A stretch of DNA of 64,000 nucleotides from Macrostomum hystrix. Taxonomy: Eukaryota; Animalia; Platyhelminthes. The stretch spans positions 13,268,001-13,332,000 of the forward strand of contig CATNEN010000001.1 in NCBI GenBank assembly GCA_950097015.1, read 5' to 3'. Under the pieces are notes generated by a model, which did not search any database, was not told where the DNA came from, and saw only the letters and a program-made list of their open reading frames with translations. The first letter of the stretch is position 1; each line of letters starts with the position of its first letter. The translations under genes were made by a program, and so were the position numbers. Of this stretch, positions 51,001 through 63,791 are shown piece by piece.

Positions 51001-54000
51001 AATGAGAGACAGTTGAGTAGGGAATGAGAGACAGTTGAGTAGGGAATGAGAGACAGTTGAGTAGGGAATGAGAGACAGTTGAGTAGGAAATGAGAGACAG
51101 TTGAGTAGGAAATGAGAGACAGTTGAATAGGGAATGAGACAGTTGAGTAGAGAATGAGAGACAGTTGAGTAGGGATTGAGAGACAGTTGAGTAGGGAATG
51201 AGAGACAGTTGAGTAGGGAATGAGAGACAGTTGAGTAGGGAATGAGAAACAGTTGAGTAGGGAATGAGAGACAGTTGAGTAGGGAATGAGAAACAGTTGA
51301 GTAGGGAATGAGAGACAGTTGAGTAGGGATTGAGAGACAGTTGAGTAGGGAATGAGAGACAGTTGAGTAGGGAATGAGAGACAGTTGAGTAGGGAATGAG
51401 AGACAGTTGAGTAGGGAATGAGACAGTTGAGTAGGGAATGAGAAACAGTTGAGTAGGGAATGAGAGACAGTTGAGTAGGGATTGAGAGACAGTTGAGTAG
51501 GGAATGAGACAGTTGAGTAGGGAATGAGAGACAGTTGAGTAGGGAATGAGAGACAGTTGAGTAGGGAATGAGAGACAGTTGAGTAGGGAATGAGAGACAG
51601 TTGAGTAGGGAATGAGAGACAGTTGAGTAGGGAATGAGAGACAGTTGAGTAGGGATTGAGAGACAGTTGAGTAGGGATTGAGAGACAGTTGAGTAGGGAA
51701 TGAGAGACAGTTGAGTAGGGAATGAGAGACAGTTGAGTAGGGAATGAGAGACAGTTGAGTAGGGAATGAGAGACAGTTGAGTAGGGAATGAGAGACAGTT
51801 GAGTAGGGAATGAGAGACAGTTGAGTAGGGAATGAGAGACAGTTGAGTAGGGAATGAGAGACAGTTGAGTAGGGAATGAGAGACAGTTGAGTAGGGAATG
51901 AGAGACAGTTGAGTAGGGAATGAGAGACAGTTGAGTAGGGAATGAGACAGTTGAGTAGGGAATGAGAAACAGTTGAGTAGGGAATGAGAGACAGTTGAGT
52001 AGGGATTGAGAGACAGTTGAGTAGGGAATGAGACAGTTGAGTAGGGAATGAGAGACAGTTGAGTAGGGAATGAGAGACAGTTGAGTAGGGAATGAGAGAC
52101 AGTTGAGTAGGGAATGAGAGACAGTTGAGTAGGGAATGAGAGACAGTTGAGTAGAGAATGAGAGACAGTTGAGTAGGGAAGGAGAGACAGTTGAGTAGGG
52201 AATGCGAGACAGTTGAGTAGGGAATGAGAGACAGGTGAGAAGATTGCGGGTAAAACCCCAGACATCATTTCTATATGTAAATAAATTATACAGTGAATGC
52301 AACTAGCCCGCTACACATTTTTATGACCCAACCTGGCTATGGTGATGAGTAGCGGGCCAGGTCTTCAGATAGCCAGTAACGTGAGTGACAACATAGTGCT
52401 GCCCATCCGGACACGGGCCCAGCATATTGCGATGCCGCAAGCGAACAGTCGGGTGCCCGGTCGCAGCTGAGGACATTGGATCCTGCAGCGAGTTCATGCA
52501 GCCGGCGCTGTTCGGAACACGGTGACCGATGCGCATCCGGCAGATGAATGCCCGCCTGGCGCCCATTGTGCTGCGCATTTGAACTGCCGGTTGTAGGGAG
52601 AATTTGGCTTAAGACTTGTAATACTTTTTAAACACTTCAGAACCATCTAAAATAACCCACCTAATTTGTAGCTTGTAATGTGATTCACAGTGATCTTCAA
52701 ACCCTTTCACACTTATCTACTATTTCAGAAATATCCGCTTTCACCTAGTATCTTCCATTCCACAGTGACCCACAGTGACCTATCTACCATTCCACAGTGA
52801 CCCACAGTGACCTATCTTCCATTCCACTGACCCACAGTGACCTATCTTCAATTCCACAGTGACCTACAGTGACCTATCTTCCATTCCACTGACCCACAGT
52901 GACCTATCTTCCATTCCACTGACCCACAGTGACCTATCTTCCATTCCACAGTGACCCACAGTGACCTATCTTCCATTCCACAGTGAAACACAGTGACCTA
53001 TCTTCCATTCCACTGACCCACAGTGACCTATCTTCCATTCCACAGTGACCCACAGTGACCTATCTACCATTCCACAGTGACCCACAGTGACCTATCTTCC
53101 ATTCTACACTGACCCACAGTGACCTATCTTCCATTCTACACTGACCCACAGTGACCTATCTTCCATTCCACTAACCCACAGTGACCTATCTTCCATTCTA
53201 CACTGACCCACAGTGACCTATCTTCCATTCCACTAACCCACAGTGACCTATCTTCCATTCTACACTGACCCACAGTGACCTATCTTCCATTCCACTGACC
53301 CACAGTGATCACCTATCTTCCATTCCACTGACCCACAGTGACCTATCTTCCATTCCACTGACCCACAGTGACCTATCTTCCATTTTACACTGACCCACAG
53401 TGACCTATCTTCCATTCTACACTGACCCACAGTGACCTATCTTCCATTCCACTGACCCACATTGACTTATCTACCATTCCACACTGATTCTATATCTACC
53501 GTTTTAAAATGACCCAAATTGACCTATGTAATATTCCACAATGACCCACTTGGACCCATAAATCATTCCACAAAGATCCAGACCTACTATTACACAATGC
53601 GATCCAGGTTGACCTAGTATACTTTTATATAATAATCCATTGTGGTGAACGTAAAATAAACTATTTTCTACCAGTATAGTCATTTTTTCTTTCTATCCAC
53701 AGTTTCTAACTAAGGACAATGTCTCTACGAAGACTGTCAATCTTCACCCACCATGATGGCCATCCTTCTTCACAGTGCCAGTCTTCAAGTCCAGAATCCT
53801 AGCTCCGGTGGCATCGCACGGCGCCAGCTGTTCGCGAATCCTATCGCAGTCATCCGGGTGCACCAAGTCGTAGATGCCGGCGCACTGTTGCAGCCAATCA
53901 GACTGGTTGCAGCCCAACACCGGCAGTACAGAGTCGCTGACGTACACAATCCTACCAGTGTCGCATTGGCAGACAAACAGGAAGCCATCGGCTGCTTCTA

Positions 54001-54319
54001 ATATGAGATGCTTCAGTTCCTGATCGCTCAAGAATGACGGCTTATAAGCGTCGCTAGTGTTACTAGCGGTGCGCAGGCCTTTCATATGTGTGACAGCCAT
54101 GCGCAAGATGGTTAGCTTGTCCGGCTTCCTAGCTAGACTAGTACAGCTGGGTACCATGTCGCATAGCTCATTAATGTATGCTGTCATCTTGTTACGCCTT
54201 CGCCGTTCGATTTCGCAATGACTCTCCCTGGCGAAGCGCTCCTTCTCTAAGCAATCTGACGACTCCCTGTTGCTGGACAGTGGCGGGGAATCGCCGCTAC
54301 TGTCATTGGAGTCATCCAT
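48051..54319 (-). CDS. ARNT: bHLH-PAS transcription factor ARNT/tango, 5 exons, ~620 aa
   Basis: Exons (minus): 54319-53752, 52583-52333, 49924-49781, 49425-49249, 48773-48051, totalling 1863 nt. b[47 protein letters not shown]; [29 protein letters not shown]; [12 protein letters not shown]; [11 protein letters not shown]; CLVGIARLQ|VTS; PAS-B; [12 protein letters not shown]; Q-rich tail. The last acceptor (AAG) is weaker. Confidence 0.93.
48913..49187 (+). mobile_element. Dispersed repeat with a degenerate tRNA-like head (ARNT intron 4)
   Basis: The head resembles that of the 29.7 kb SINE (GGG.CGAG..GGGG..GCGG.CTAACG). The 3' ~160 bp is highly similar to 46289-46447. Confidence 0.7.
50060..50155 (+). 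mobile_element. SINE fragment (tRNA-like head) in ARNT intron 2
   Basis: GGGGTTCGATTCCCGACTCC at 50101-50120 is identical to 39610-39629, and is followed by a motif shared with 39790-39815. Confidence 0.6.
50205..52235. repeat. 22-bp minisatellite GAGAGACAGTTGAGTAGGGAAT (ARNT intron 2)
   Basis: About 92 units. Confidence 0.98.
52750..53485. repeat. 30/32-bp minisatellite GTGACCCACAGTGACCTATCTTCCATTCCACA (ARNT intron 1)
   Basis: Tandem units. Confidence 0.95.
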
Positions 54320-57300
54320 GCCTTACTGACTAGCTGATCAATCAAGCCAGCAATCAATGATGAAAATATTGTTGCAGAACAGTAGAGTTTTAGCAGATTG
54401 ATTGACAACTATTCTTCAATTGTAAAACATTTTGAAATAAATCAAATAGTATGAAGAACTTGATTAGAATAAATCAAGCTTAAATCACTCTGAAATTAAT
54501 AAATCATAAATTAGGGGCTAATTGAAGATATGTGGATTGTGATGACAAGTTGATATAAATTAGAAAAACTGCATACAATATAGTAAATTATTGAAAAGTA
54601 GAGATAATAGTATAAATATTAAATATAGCGAAAAGCGATTAGTCATGACATATATGATTATTTATAATGTCTTTAAGTTGTAGGTTATTAGCAAAACTAA
54701 AGTTAGTTGGCGTACATAATATAAAAATAATTGTGGGTTACAAAGTGGAATGGCACTCCCCTCTCTGTTTTAGAAGATAACAATTTTAAATGGCAAGGGT
54801 ACATGCAAATGATTGCCAACTGAAAGTGCATTGCTTAATATACTAAGCATTTGAGCAATCCTTGACATTTTTGTAAACATTGTTTGCTGAAAGTTAAGAA
54901 ATTAAATGTAACATTTTTGTTTGTAGTTTCAGATCACAATCTTCAGATGTTCTCAAACCATTAGGCCCAACAATGTAATGTTCATTGTTGAAAGTTTAGG
55001 AACTAAACTTTTTAACTTTTTTGTTTGTATAGTTTCATATTGCAATCATTTCTCCTTAAAATGACATTATTGCCTTCCAAAACCAATAATATACAAGTGT
55101 ATATCTATGCAACTATTGTAAATGATGTGTGGTTGTTTTGTTTAGACAATGGCATGATTGTCTAATATGATGTTCAATTAAAAAAAACTGATTTTTAAAG
55201 CACCACAAACAATTTTCAAGGTGATTGTCAACCAAAAATAGTATGCTAAAAATGATTGCCATTTGAAGGAATGCCAAAAATATTTCAATATGAAATTCCA
55301 AGACCCTAATGACTCTGAAATATTTACTAGATTACTAGATTACTAGATTATATGCAAGTTTGGCAATAGCACAGCCGAGTTCAAACTGTACCAAAACAAG
55401 CTTTTTGTAGCCTCCAAAATGTTTTACAAAATAAGACCCTTACAGCTACATAGAAGTAATATTATTCTATAAAAATATTATTAATAATAAACAATTTGCT
55501 AACCATGTTTTTCTTTTAAATAAGTTGACTTGATCTATGTGACCTAATATGTTGAAAGTATAGAACTATATATAAGAATTCTATAAATATATATTATTTT
55601 ATAATACTTTTAATGTTTTTATATTTATATTAATTTTATATTAAACTAAACAACAACAAAATATTTGGAAATGCTTTTAATAGGGGCCTACTTACACATT
55701 TATAAATTTGTTTATAAGAAACCAAACAATAATAAAATACAGGGACTTTCACCACCTGCAAGTTTGCAACAATGGAATCGGGATATAAGCCTAGACTAGC
55801 CAATGTTCATGACTTTACCAAAGCTAAAATAAAAGGTTGCAATGGATTTTTAATTACAGGCATAGGCCTACACTCCTATAAAACCGTCTCTTTGCATGCT
55901 TCTATGCACACAAGACCTAGCTGGACTGCCAGAGGTGTAACCTTTAGTAGGGTAGGGAGACTACAGGCTACATACAAGTATAAAAGAATATAGGACGGTA
56001 CACGAACATGGTAAACAGTAACACGCAGGAATACAATAATAAAAGCTGATAAATAATTTGTTCGTGTATTGAGATTTTTATTTTACTGACGAGCTGTGAG
56101 CTTAATGGAAGCTCACAGACGCATATTTACATTTACAGACAATGTGTAACTTACATAATTCAGGTTGCTTTAAATAAAACAATGTAACAGTGAAGAAATA
56201 TGAACATGAAGGAAAAAACTAGCTGTGGCTATAAAGTAAAACATAGCAGAAAATTTTGCTCATATTTATAGTAGTTAGGAACAAAGTACAACGATTAATA
56301 CCTATGTACACAGCTATTGCAAAATAATTTATTGCACCACTCTGCATAGCGCCCCATAACAAAGGGACAGAGTCCAGAAAACTGACGTAGGCAGGCCAAC
56401 CTGTCCAATGACAATCGAAGGATTTGAACTTGTGAAATCTAATCTTAGAAAACAAAAAAATTGCGACGGTAAATGAAATAGTTGTATGCTTACTTATTTA
56501 TGACTAATCGTTTTTTTCTTCTTTAAATGATAGTCTGTTATCTTTTAGATAGCTATTATTAGGAAATATGGTGAAGTGAATAAGCATTTGTTTGTCCATG
56601 TCAAAATTTGATTAACGGTGTTTAAAATTATTATGAAAGTGCACACGTGCTGTGGAAACAATTTGAGGACTTTTACTTTTAATAAAAAAAATACTTAAAA
56701 TTTTAAAACTATAGTCTACTAGCAAAACAAAGTCACAATAGTCTGTCTATTCAACTTTTAGTTAGGTTAGTGATACATTTGGTTAAAGCAGTTACGCTGC
56801 ACTGCATATTACAAAAAAGAAGGGAAGTTTGAACCGGTGCGAACGCCGAGACAGCAACGATACGAACGGAAGATGAGGTTTCGACGCCTTCCCTGCCCTC
56901 CCTGCATCCCTTCCTTTCCCTTGACCGATGACTCATCGTCTTATTCGTCTGTGACCTTGCGCTTTCAATTTCCTTTTCGGTCCTAAATAATATTTTATTT
57001 CGTTTAAAGGAGGTCGTCCCTCCTTTTCGAGTGATTATACGATCCTAACAGTCCAAATGCGCCCACCTCCCTCCCTTCCCCATGATTTATGACCCTTCCA
57101 CCTTTCAAACGCTCCCACTCCTCCTTTCTTTTCCATTGCACACACAGTCACAAATAATTTCATCTTTTAAAATCGCACACCCACCTCCTTCCTTCCTTTG
57201 TTTTTCTTGTCATAAATAATTGTAACGTAATTGTGCACCCACCCCTAGGCAATAAATCATCCCTATTTCCAGTCCAACACCCACCCCACTCCCCTCCCGA

Positions 57301-58614
57301 CCAATCGGCAGGCGCGGCACGTGATCTGGCTGTCCAACATCTCGGTCAAGGTCTGGCTGATCATGCGATCACGACTGAGCGCGTGGCGAGTGGTGCGACG
57401 CGCAGTTCGAGCAGACCGTATACCGTTCCTGTCGTTCCGTTTGGTTACGGCTGTTCGTTTTGTAGCCTTTCCCTGACCGTCGTTCCGTTCTTTCGGCTAC
57501 ACTCTGTCGTTCGCCTTTCGGTATCATCGCCGATTCAACTTCATCAAGACTTCGACTCATTCGGCCCAGCTAACCGTCTTATAGCTTGTGACAGCCTCCG
57601 AGCGCAGGCAGCACAAAGCCTGATAACCACCGGCGGCACCTGCATCTTATATCGGTCTCTAGCTATAAGGCAGCGTCGCAGACCACCTCGCCCAGAGTCG
57701 CGTCGTACAAACTCGATTAATTATTGCTAGGAAGGAGGACGACCCTGCAGCTGACAGTGATGTTGGAATCGCTGCAAAGAGGAACAGCGAAGTAATGCTT
57801 AACTGCCCAACAGGGACAACTAAAAACCTCTGAGGGTGAAATGAGGGTTTTAGTTGTCCCTGCTGCCCAAACAGCAATTTTTCGACAAGGGCGACTAAAA
57901 CCCACAAACCCGACTTTGAGGGCCAATTCGCAGCCTATTGGAAAACAGCGGATTGAAAAATTATCGAAGCTAACCCATTAGCTATTGAACTTTTAAGACT
58001 TTGCATTCTCCGGAAAAAATATTTGGAAAGGGTATCATCGCAGCCAAAACATAGACAGGCACTCGCTGCATTTCGACTCAACAACCAACAAGCTGGTCTG
58101 CGAGACACTGAGAACAGCCAGAATAGCAGTAGAATACGAACACAGGCCTAGATCTGCCCTAAGGTAGAGAACGAAATCCATTTTCTTTTTAGATGAAGCT
58201 GTAACCAATACAAAAATATTTGGGATAAAATTACAACTGAAATTTCCCACAGAGTTAAAAGCTCTTAATGAATAAGTGTATTACTGGACAATGTCCTCTT
58301 CTTGATGCGTGGTTCAAGAATATGAAGAATAGACAGAAATTAGATAGCACAAATGACAGAAACGGCTGCGGAGTAAAGCCATAAGTTTCGCTTTATTAGC
58401 AACATGCGCTTGTTTGTTATAACCCCAATAATTGAATTTCCTATATTTTACAACGCGCGTTAAACTTACAAATAAATATTCGTCGACTTCATTTTGTAGC
58501 TCTCCTTCAGAATATTATACTAGCAAGTTTTGCCCCCCTTCGGGGAGCAGAAATATTTTTAATTCGTCCAGTATACACTTTTTAGCAGCTGTATTTTTAG
58601 CCTTTTTTACGCTA

Positions 58615-60098
58615 CAATGATCAGTTGACAATGATCCCCCAGTTGATAATGATCCCCCAGTTGATAATGATCCCCCGGTTGACAATGGTCCCTCAGTCGA
58701 CAATGATTCCCAGTTGATGATGATCCCCCAGTTGACAATGATCCCCCAGTTGACAATGATCTGGGACAATGATCCCCCCAGTTGACAATGGTCCCCCAGT
58801 CGACAATGATTCCCCAGTTGACAATGATCCCCCAGTTGATGATGATCCCGCAGTTCACAATGATCCCCCAGATGATGATGATCCACCAGTTGAAGATGAT
58901 CACCCAGTTGACAATGATCCCCCAGTTGACATTGATCCCTCAGGTTACAATGATCCCCCCAGTTGATGATGATCCCCAGTTGATGATGATCACCCAGTTG
59001 ACAATGATCCCCAAGTTGACCATGATCCCCCATTTGATGATGATTCCCCAGTTGACAATGATCCCTCAGTTCACAATGATCCCCCAGTTGACAATGAACT
59101 CCCAGTTCACAATGATCCCCCAGTTGATGATGATCCCCCAGTTGATGATGATCCCCCATTTGAAAATGATCCCCCAGTTGACAATGATCCCCCAGTTGAG
59201 AATGATCCCCCAGTTGAGAATGATCCCCCAGTTAACAAAGATCCCCCAGTTCACAATGATCCCCCAGTTGATGAAGTCTCCCCATTGATGATGATCCCCA
59301 GTTAACAATGTTCCTCCAGTTGACAATGTTCCCCCAGTTGACAATGATCCCCCAGTTGATGATGATCACCAAGTTGACAATGATCCCCCAGTTGACAATG
59401 ATCCCCCAGTTGACAATGATCCCCCAGTTGACAATGATCCCCTAGTTGATGATGATCCCCCAGTTGAAAATGATCCGCCAGTTGACAATGATCCCCCAGT
59501 TAACAAAGATCCCCCAGTTCACAATGATCCCCCAGTTGATGAAGTCTCCCCATTGATGATAATCCCCAGTTAACAATGTTCCTCCAGTTGACAATGTTCC
59601 CCGCAGTTGACAATGATCCCCCAGTTGACAATGATCCCGCCGGTTGACAATGAACCCCCAGTTGACAATGATCCCCCAGTTGATGATGATCCCCCAGTTG
59701 ACAATGATCCCCCAGTTGACAATGATCCCCCAGTTGACAATGAACCCCCAGTTGACAACGATCCCCCAGTTGACAATGATCCCCCAGTTGACAATGATCC
59801 CCCAGTTGACAATGATCCCACAGTTGACAATGATCCCCCAGTTGACAAAGATCCCCCAGTTGACAATGATCCCCAAGTTGACCATGATCCCCCAGTTGAG
59901 AATGATCCCCCAGTTGACAATGATCCCCCAGTTGACAATGATCCCCAAGTTGACCATGATCCCCCATTTGATGATGATTCCCCAGTTGACAATTATCCCC
60001 CAGTTGACAATGATCCCACAGTTGACAATGATCCCCCAGTTGACAATGATCCCCAAGTTGACCATGATCCCCATTTTGATGATGACTCCCCAGTTGAC
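58615..60098. repeat. 18-bp minisatellite TCCCCCAGTTGACAATGA (inside the Helitron)
   Basis: Tandem units; the repeat recurs at 63885-64000. Confidence 0.96.
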
Positions 60099-60104
60099 GT
60101 TGAT

Positions 60105-63100
60105 TTTTCAAACGCTGGGTTAGCCAAGATTCAAACTCAGGTTTCGCCATGTTTTAAACTCTGGTGGGCTATGATTCAAACTCTCGTTTTACCATGATTC
60201 AAACTCTGGTTTAGCCATGATTCAAACTCTGGTTTAGCCATGATTCAGACGCTGTGATGATTTAAAGTCTGCTTTAGCCATGATTCAAACTCTGTTTTAG
60301 CCATGATTTAAACTCTGGTGTAGCCATGATTCAAATTTAGCCATGATTCAAACGTTGGTTTAGCCATGATTCAGACTCTGGTTTAGCCATGATTCAAACT
60401 CTGGTTTAGCCATGATTCAAACTCTGGTTAAGCCATGATTCGGACTCTGGTTTAGCCATGATTCAAACTCTGCTTTAGCCATGATTCGGACTCTGGTTAA
60501 GCCATGATTCAAACTCTGGTTTAGCCATGTTTTAAACTCTGGTGGGCTATGATTCAAACTCTCGTTTTACCATGATTCAAACTCTGGTTTAGCCATGATT
60601 CAAACTCTGGTTTAGCCATGATTCAGACGCTGTGATGATTTAAAGTCTGCTTTAGCCATGATTCAAACTCTGTTTTAGCCATGATTTAAACTCTGGTGTA
60701 GCCATGATTCAAATTTAGCCATGATTCAAACGTTGGTTTAGCCATGATTCAGACTCTGGTTTAGCCATGATTCAAACTCTGGTTTAGCCATGATTCAAAC
60801 TCTGGTTTAGCCATGATTCAGACGCTGTGATGATTTAAAGTCTGCTTTAGCCATGATTCAAACTCTGTTTTAGCCATGTTTTAAACTCTGGTGGGCTATG
60901 ATTCAAACTCTCGTTTTACCATGATTCAAACTCTGGTTTAGCCATGATTCAAACTCTGGTTTAGCCATGATTCAGACGCTGTGATGATTTAAAGTCTGCT
61001 TTAGCCATGATTCAAACTCTGTTTTAGCCATGATTTAAACTCTGGTGTAGCCATGATTCAAATTTAGCCATGATTCAAACGTTGGTTTAGCCATGATTCA
61101 GACTCTGGTTTAGCCATGATTCAAACTCTGGTTTAGCCATGATTCAAACTCTGGTTTAGCCATGATTCAAACTCTGGTTTAGCCATGATTCAAACTCTGG
61201 TTTAGCCATGATTCAAACTCTGGTTAAGCCATGATTCGGACTCTGGTTTAGCCATGATTCAAACTCTGCTTTAGCCATGATTCGGACTCTGGTTTAGCCA
61301 TGATTCGGACTCTGGTTTAGCCATGATTCAAACTCTGGTTTAGCCATGATTCAAACTCTGGTTTAGCCATGATTCAAACGCTGGTTTAGCCATGATTCAA
61401 ACTCTGGTTTAGCCATGATTCGGACTCTGGTTTAGCCATGATTCAGACTCTGGTTTAGCCATGATTCAGACTCTGGTTTAGCCATGATTCAAACGCTGGT
61501 TTAGCCATGATTCAAACTCTGGTTAAGCCATGATTCGGACTCTGGTTTAGCCATGATTCAAACTCTGCTTTAGCCATGATTCGGACTCTGGTTAAGCCAT
61601 GATTCAAACTCTGGTTTAGCCATGATTCAAACTCTGGTTTAGCCATGATTCAGACTCTGGTTTAGCCATGATTCAGACGCTGGGTTAGCCATGATTGAAA
61701 CTCTGGTTTAGCCATGATTCAAACTCTGGTTTAGCCATGATTCAGACTCTGGTTTAGCCATGATTCGGAGTCTGGTTTAGCCATGATTCAAAATCTGGTT
61801 TAGCCATGATTCAGACTCTGGTTTAGCCATGATTCAAACTCTGGTTTAGCCATGATTCAAACGTTGGTTTAGCCATGATTCAGACTCTGGTTTAGCCATG
61901 ATTCAAACTCTCGTTTTACCATGATTCAAACTCTGGTTTAGCCATGATTCAAACTCTGGTTTAGCCATGATTCAGACGCTGTGATGATTTAAAGTCTGCT
62001 TTAGCCATGATTCAAACTCTGTTTTAGCCATGATTTAAACTCTGGTGTAGCCATGATTCAAATTTAGCCATGATTCAAACGTTGGTTTAGCCATGATTCA
62101 GACTCTGGTTTAGCCATGATTCAAACTCTGGTTTAGCCATGATTCAAACTCTGGTTTAGCCATGATTCAGACGCTGTGATGATTTAAAGTCTGCTTTAGC
62201 CATGATTCAAACTCTGTTTTAGCCATGTTTTAAACTCTGGTGGGCTATGATTCAAACTCTCGTTTTACCATGATTCAAACTCTGGTTTAGCCATGATTCA
62301 AACTCTGGTTTAGCCATGATTCAGACGCTGTGATGATTTAAAGTCTGCTTTAGCCATGATTCAAACTCTGTTTTAGCCATGATTTAAACTCTGGTGTAGC
62401 CATGATTCAAATTTAGCCATGATTCAAACGTTGGTTTAGCCATGATTCAGACTCTGGTTTAGCCATGATTCAAACTCTGGTTTAGCCATGATTCAAACTC
62501 TGGTTTAGCCATGATTCAAACTCTGGTTTAGCCATGATTCAAACTCTGGTTTAGCCATGATTCAAACTCTGGTTAAGCCATGATTCGGACTCTGGTTTAG
62601 CCATGATTCAAACTCTGCTTTAGCCATGATTCGGACTCTGGTTTAGCCATGATTCGGACTCTGGTTTAGCCATGATTCAAACTCTGGTTTAGCCATGATT
62701 CAAACTCTGGTTTAGCCATGATTCAAACGCTGGTTTAGCCATGATTCAAACTCTGGTTTAGCCATGATTCGGACTCTGGTTTAGCCATGATTCAGACTCT
62801 GGTTTAGCCATGATTCAGACTCTGGTTTAGCCATGATTCAAACGCTGGTTTAGCCATGATTCAAACTCTGGTTAAGCCATGATTCGGACTCTGGTTTAGC
62901 CATGATTCAAACTCTGCTTTAGCCATGATTCGGACTCTGGTTAAGCCATGATTCAAACTCTGGTTTAGCCATGATTCAAACTCTGGTTTAGCCATGATTC
63001 AGACTCTGGTTTAGCCATGATTCAGACGCTGGGTTAGCCATGATTGAAACTCTGGTTTAGCCATGATTCAAACTCTGGTTTAGCCATGATTCAGACTCTG

Positions 63101-63192
63101 GTTTAGCCATGATTCGGAGTCTGGTTTAGCCATGATTCAAAATCTGGTTTAGCCATGATTCAGACTCTGGTTTAGCCATGATTCAAACTCTA
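60105..63192. repeat. 23-bp minisatellite GCCATGATTCAAACTCTGGTTTA with higher-order duplications (inside the Helitron)
   Basis: Tandem units; the variant pattern repeats at an offset of ~1.35 kb. Confidence 0.97.
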
Positions 63193-63791
63193 TTGTTGCA
63201 ATGATTCAAACTCATATTTTATTTACGAAATGAAAAAAATAAATTTAAATAGTCTTCAAACACTACTGGCTGAAAATTAGTCTAAATGATTTGACGCAGT
63301 GCAGAATCGAACCCTAGCCTAGCCTAACTTATTCCTAGTGCCTACACATCGGCTATTCCGACTGTTGGTTAGTGGGTGCAAAAATCAGCCTTATAAAATG
63401 AATTCTCAAAGTTCTGGCTTTGTACAATGAAGTAAGAAAATAGAGTACACTCAGTCTCGCGGTTGGTTGTGTACATTTATTTCCAATTTGTCTCCAGAGT
63501 GCAGGCTTTAAATTCAATTAGCTAGGGGTTGTTGCGCAATTTGACGATGCAATTTCAATTCAGTGGCAGTGAGTAAAATTCTCAATAGGCCAAGATGTTT
63601 GACCTTTGAAAAATCATGTTTTTCGAATATTTAATCCCTTTAGCAATAAAGTTAAGCTTAATAAAAATACGTGTATAATTGTCCCCATATTTGGCATCTT
63701 TTGGTGAAGAAATGGTGAAAATCGGTTGAGCCGTTCGGGAGAAAATCAATTACAAGCAACCAACCAAGCATTTCATTTTTAGTATATTAGA

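Larger units (their letters stand above)
58520..63791 (-). mobile_element. Non-autonomous Helitron (~5.3 kb) inflated by two internal minisatellites
   Basis: Minus strand: 5' end TCTAATATACTAAAA at 63791, followed by GAACGGCTCAACCGATTTT (motif typical of non-autonomous Helitrons). 3' end has the hairpin GCTCCCC-GAA-GGGGGGC, then AAAACTTG-CTAG ending at 58520 and followed by T. No TSD. Confidence 0.82.

Noticed and set aside
39764-52302. ORFs of 466-701 aa ([20 protein letters not shown])n
   Set aside because: Translations of the 20/22-bp minisatellite; one array lies inside ARNT intron 2.
58515-60197. GDHCQL and VDNDPP repeat ORFs
   Set aside because: The 18-bp satellite is open in several frames on both strands and lies inside a Helitron-like element.
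29660-63330. Possible tRNA genes at B-box motifs (~29680, 39610, 50101, ~63305)
   Set aside because: No convincing cloverleaf or acceptor stem; they read as SINE heads or fragments.
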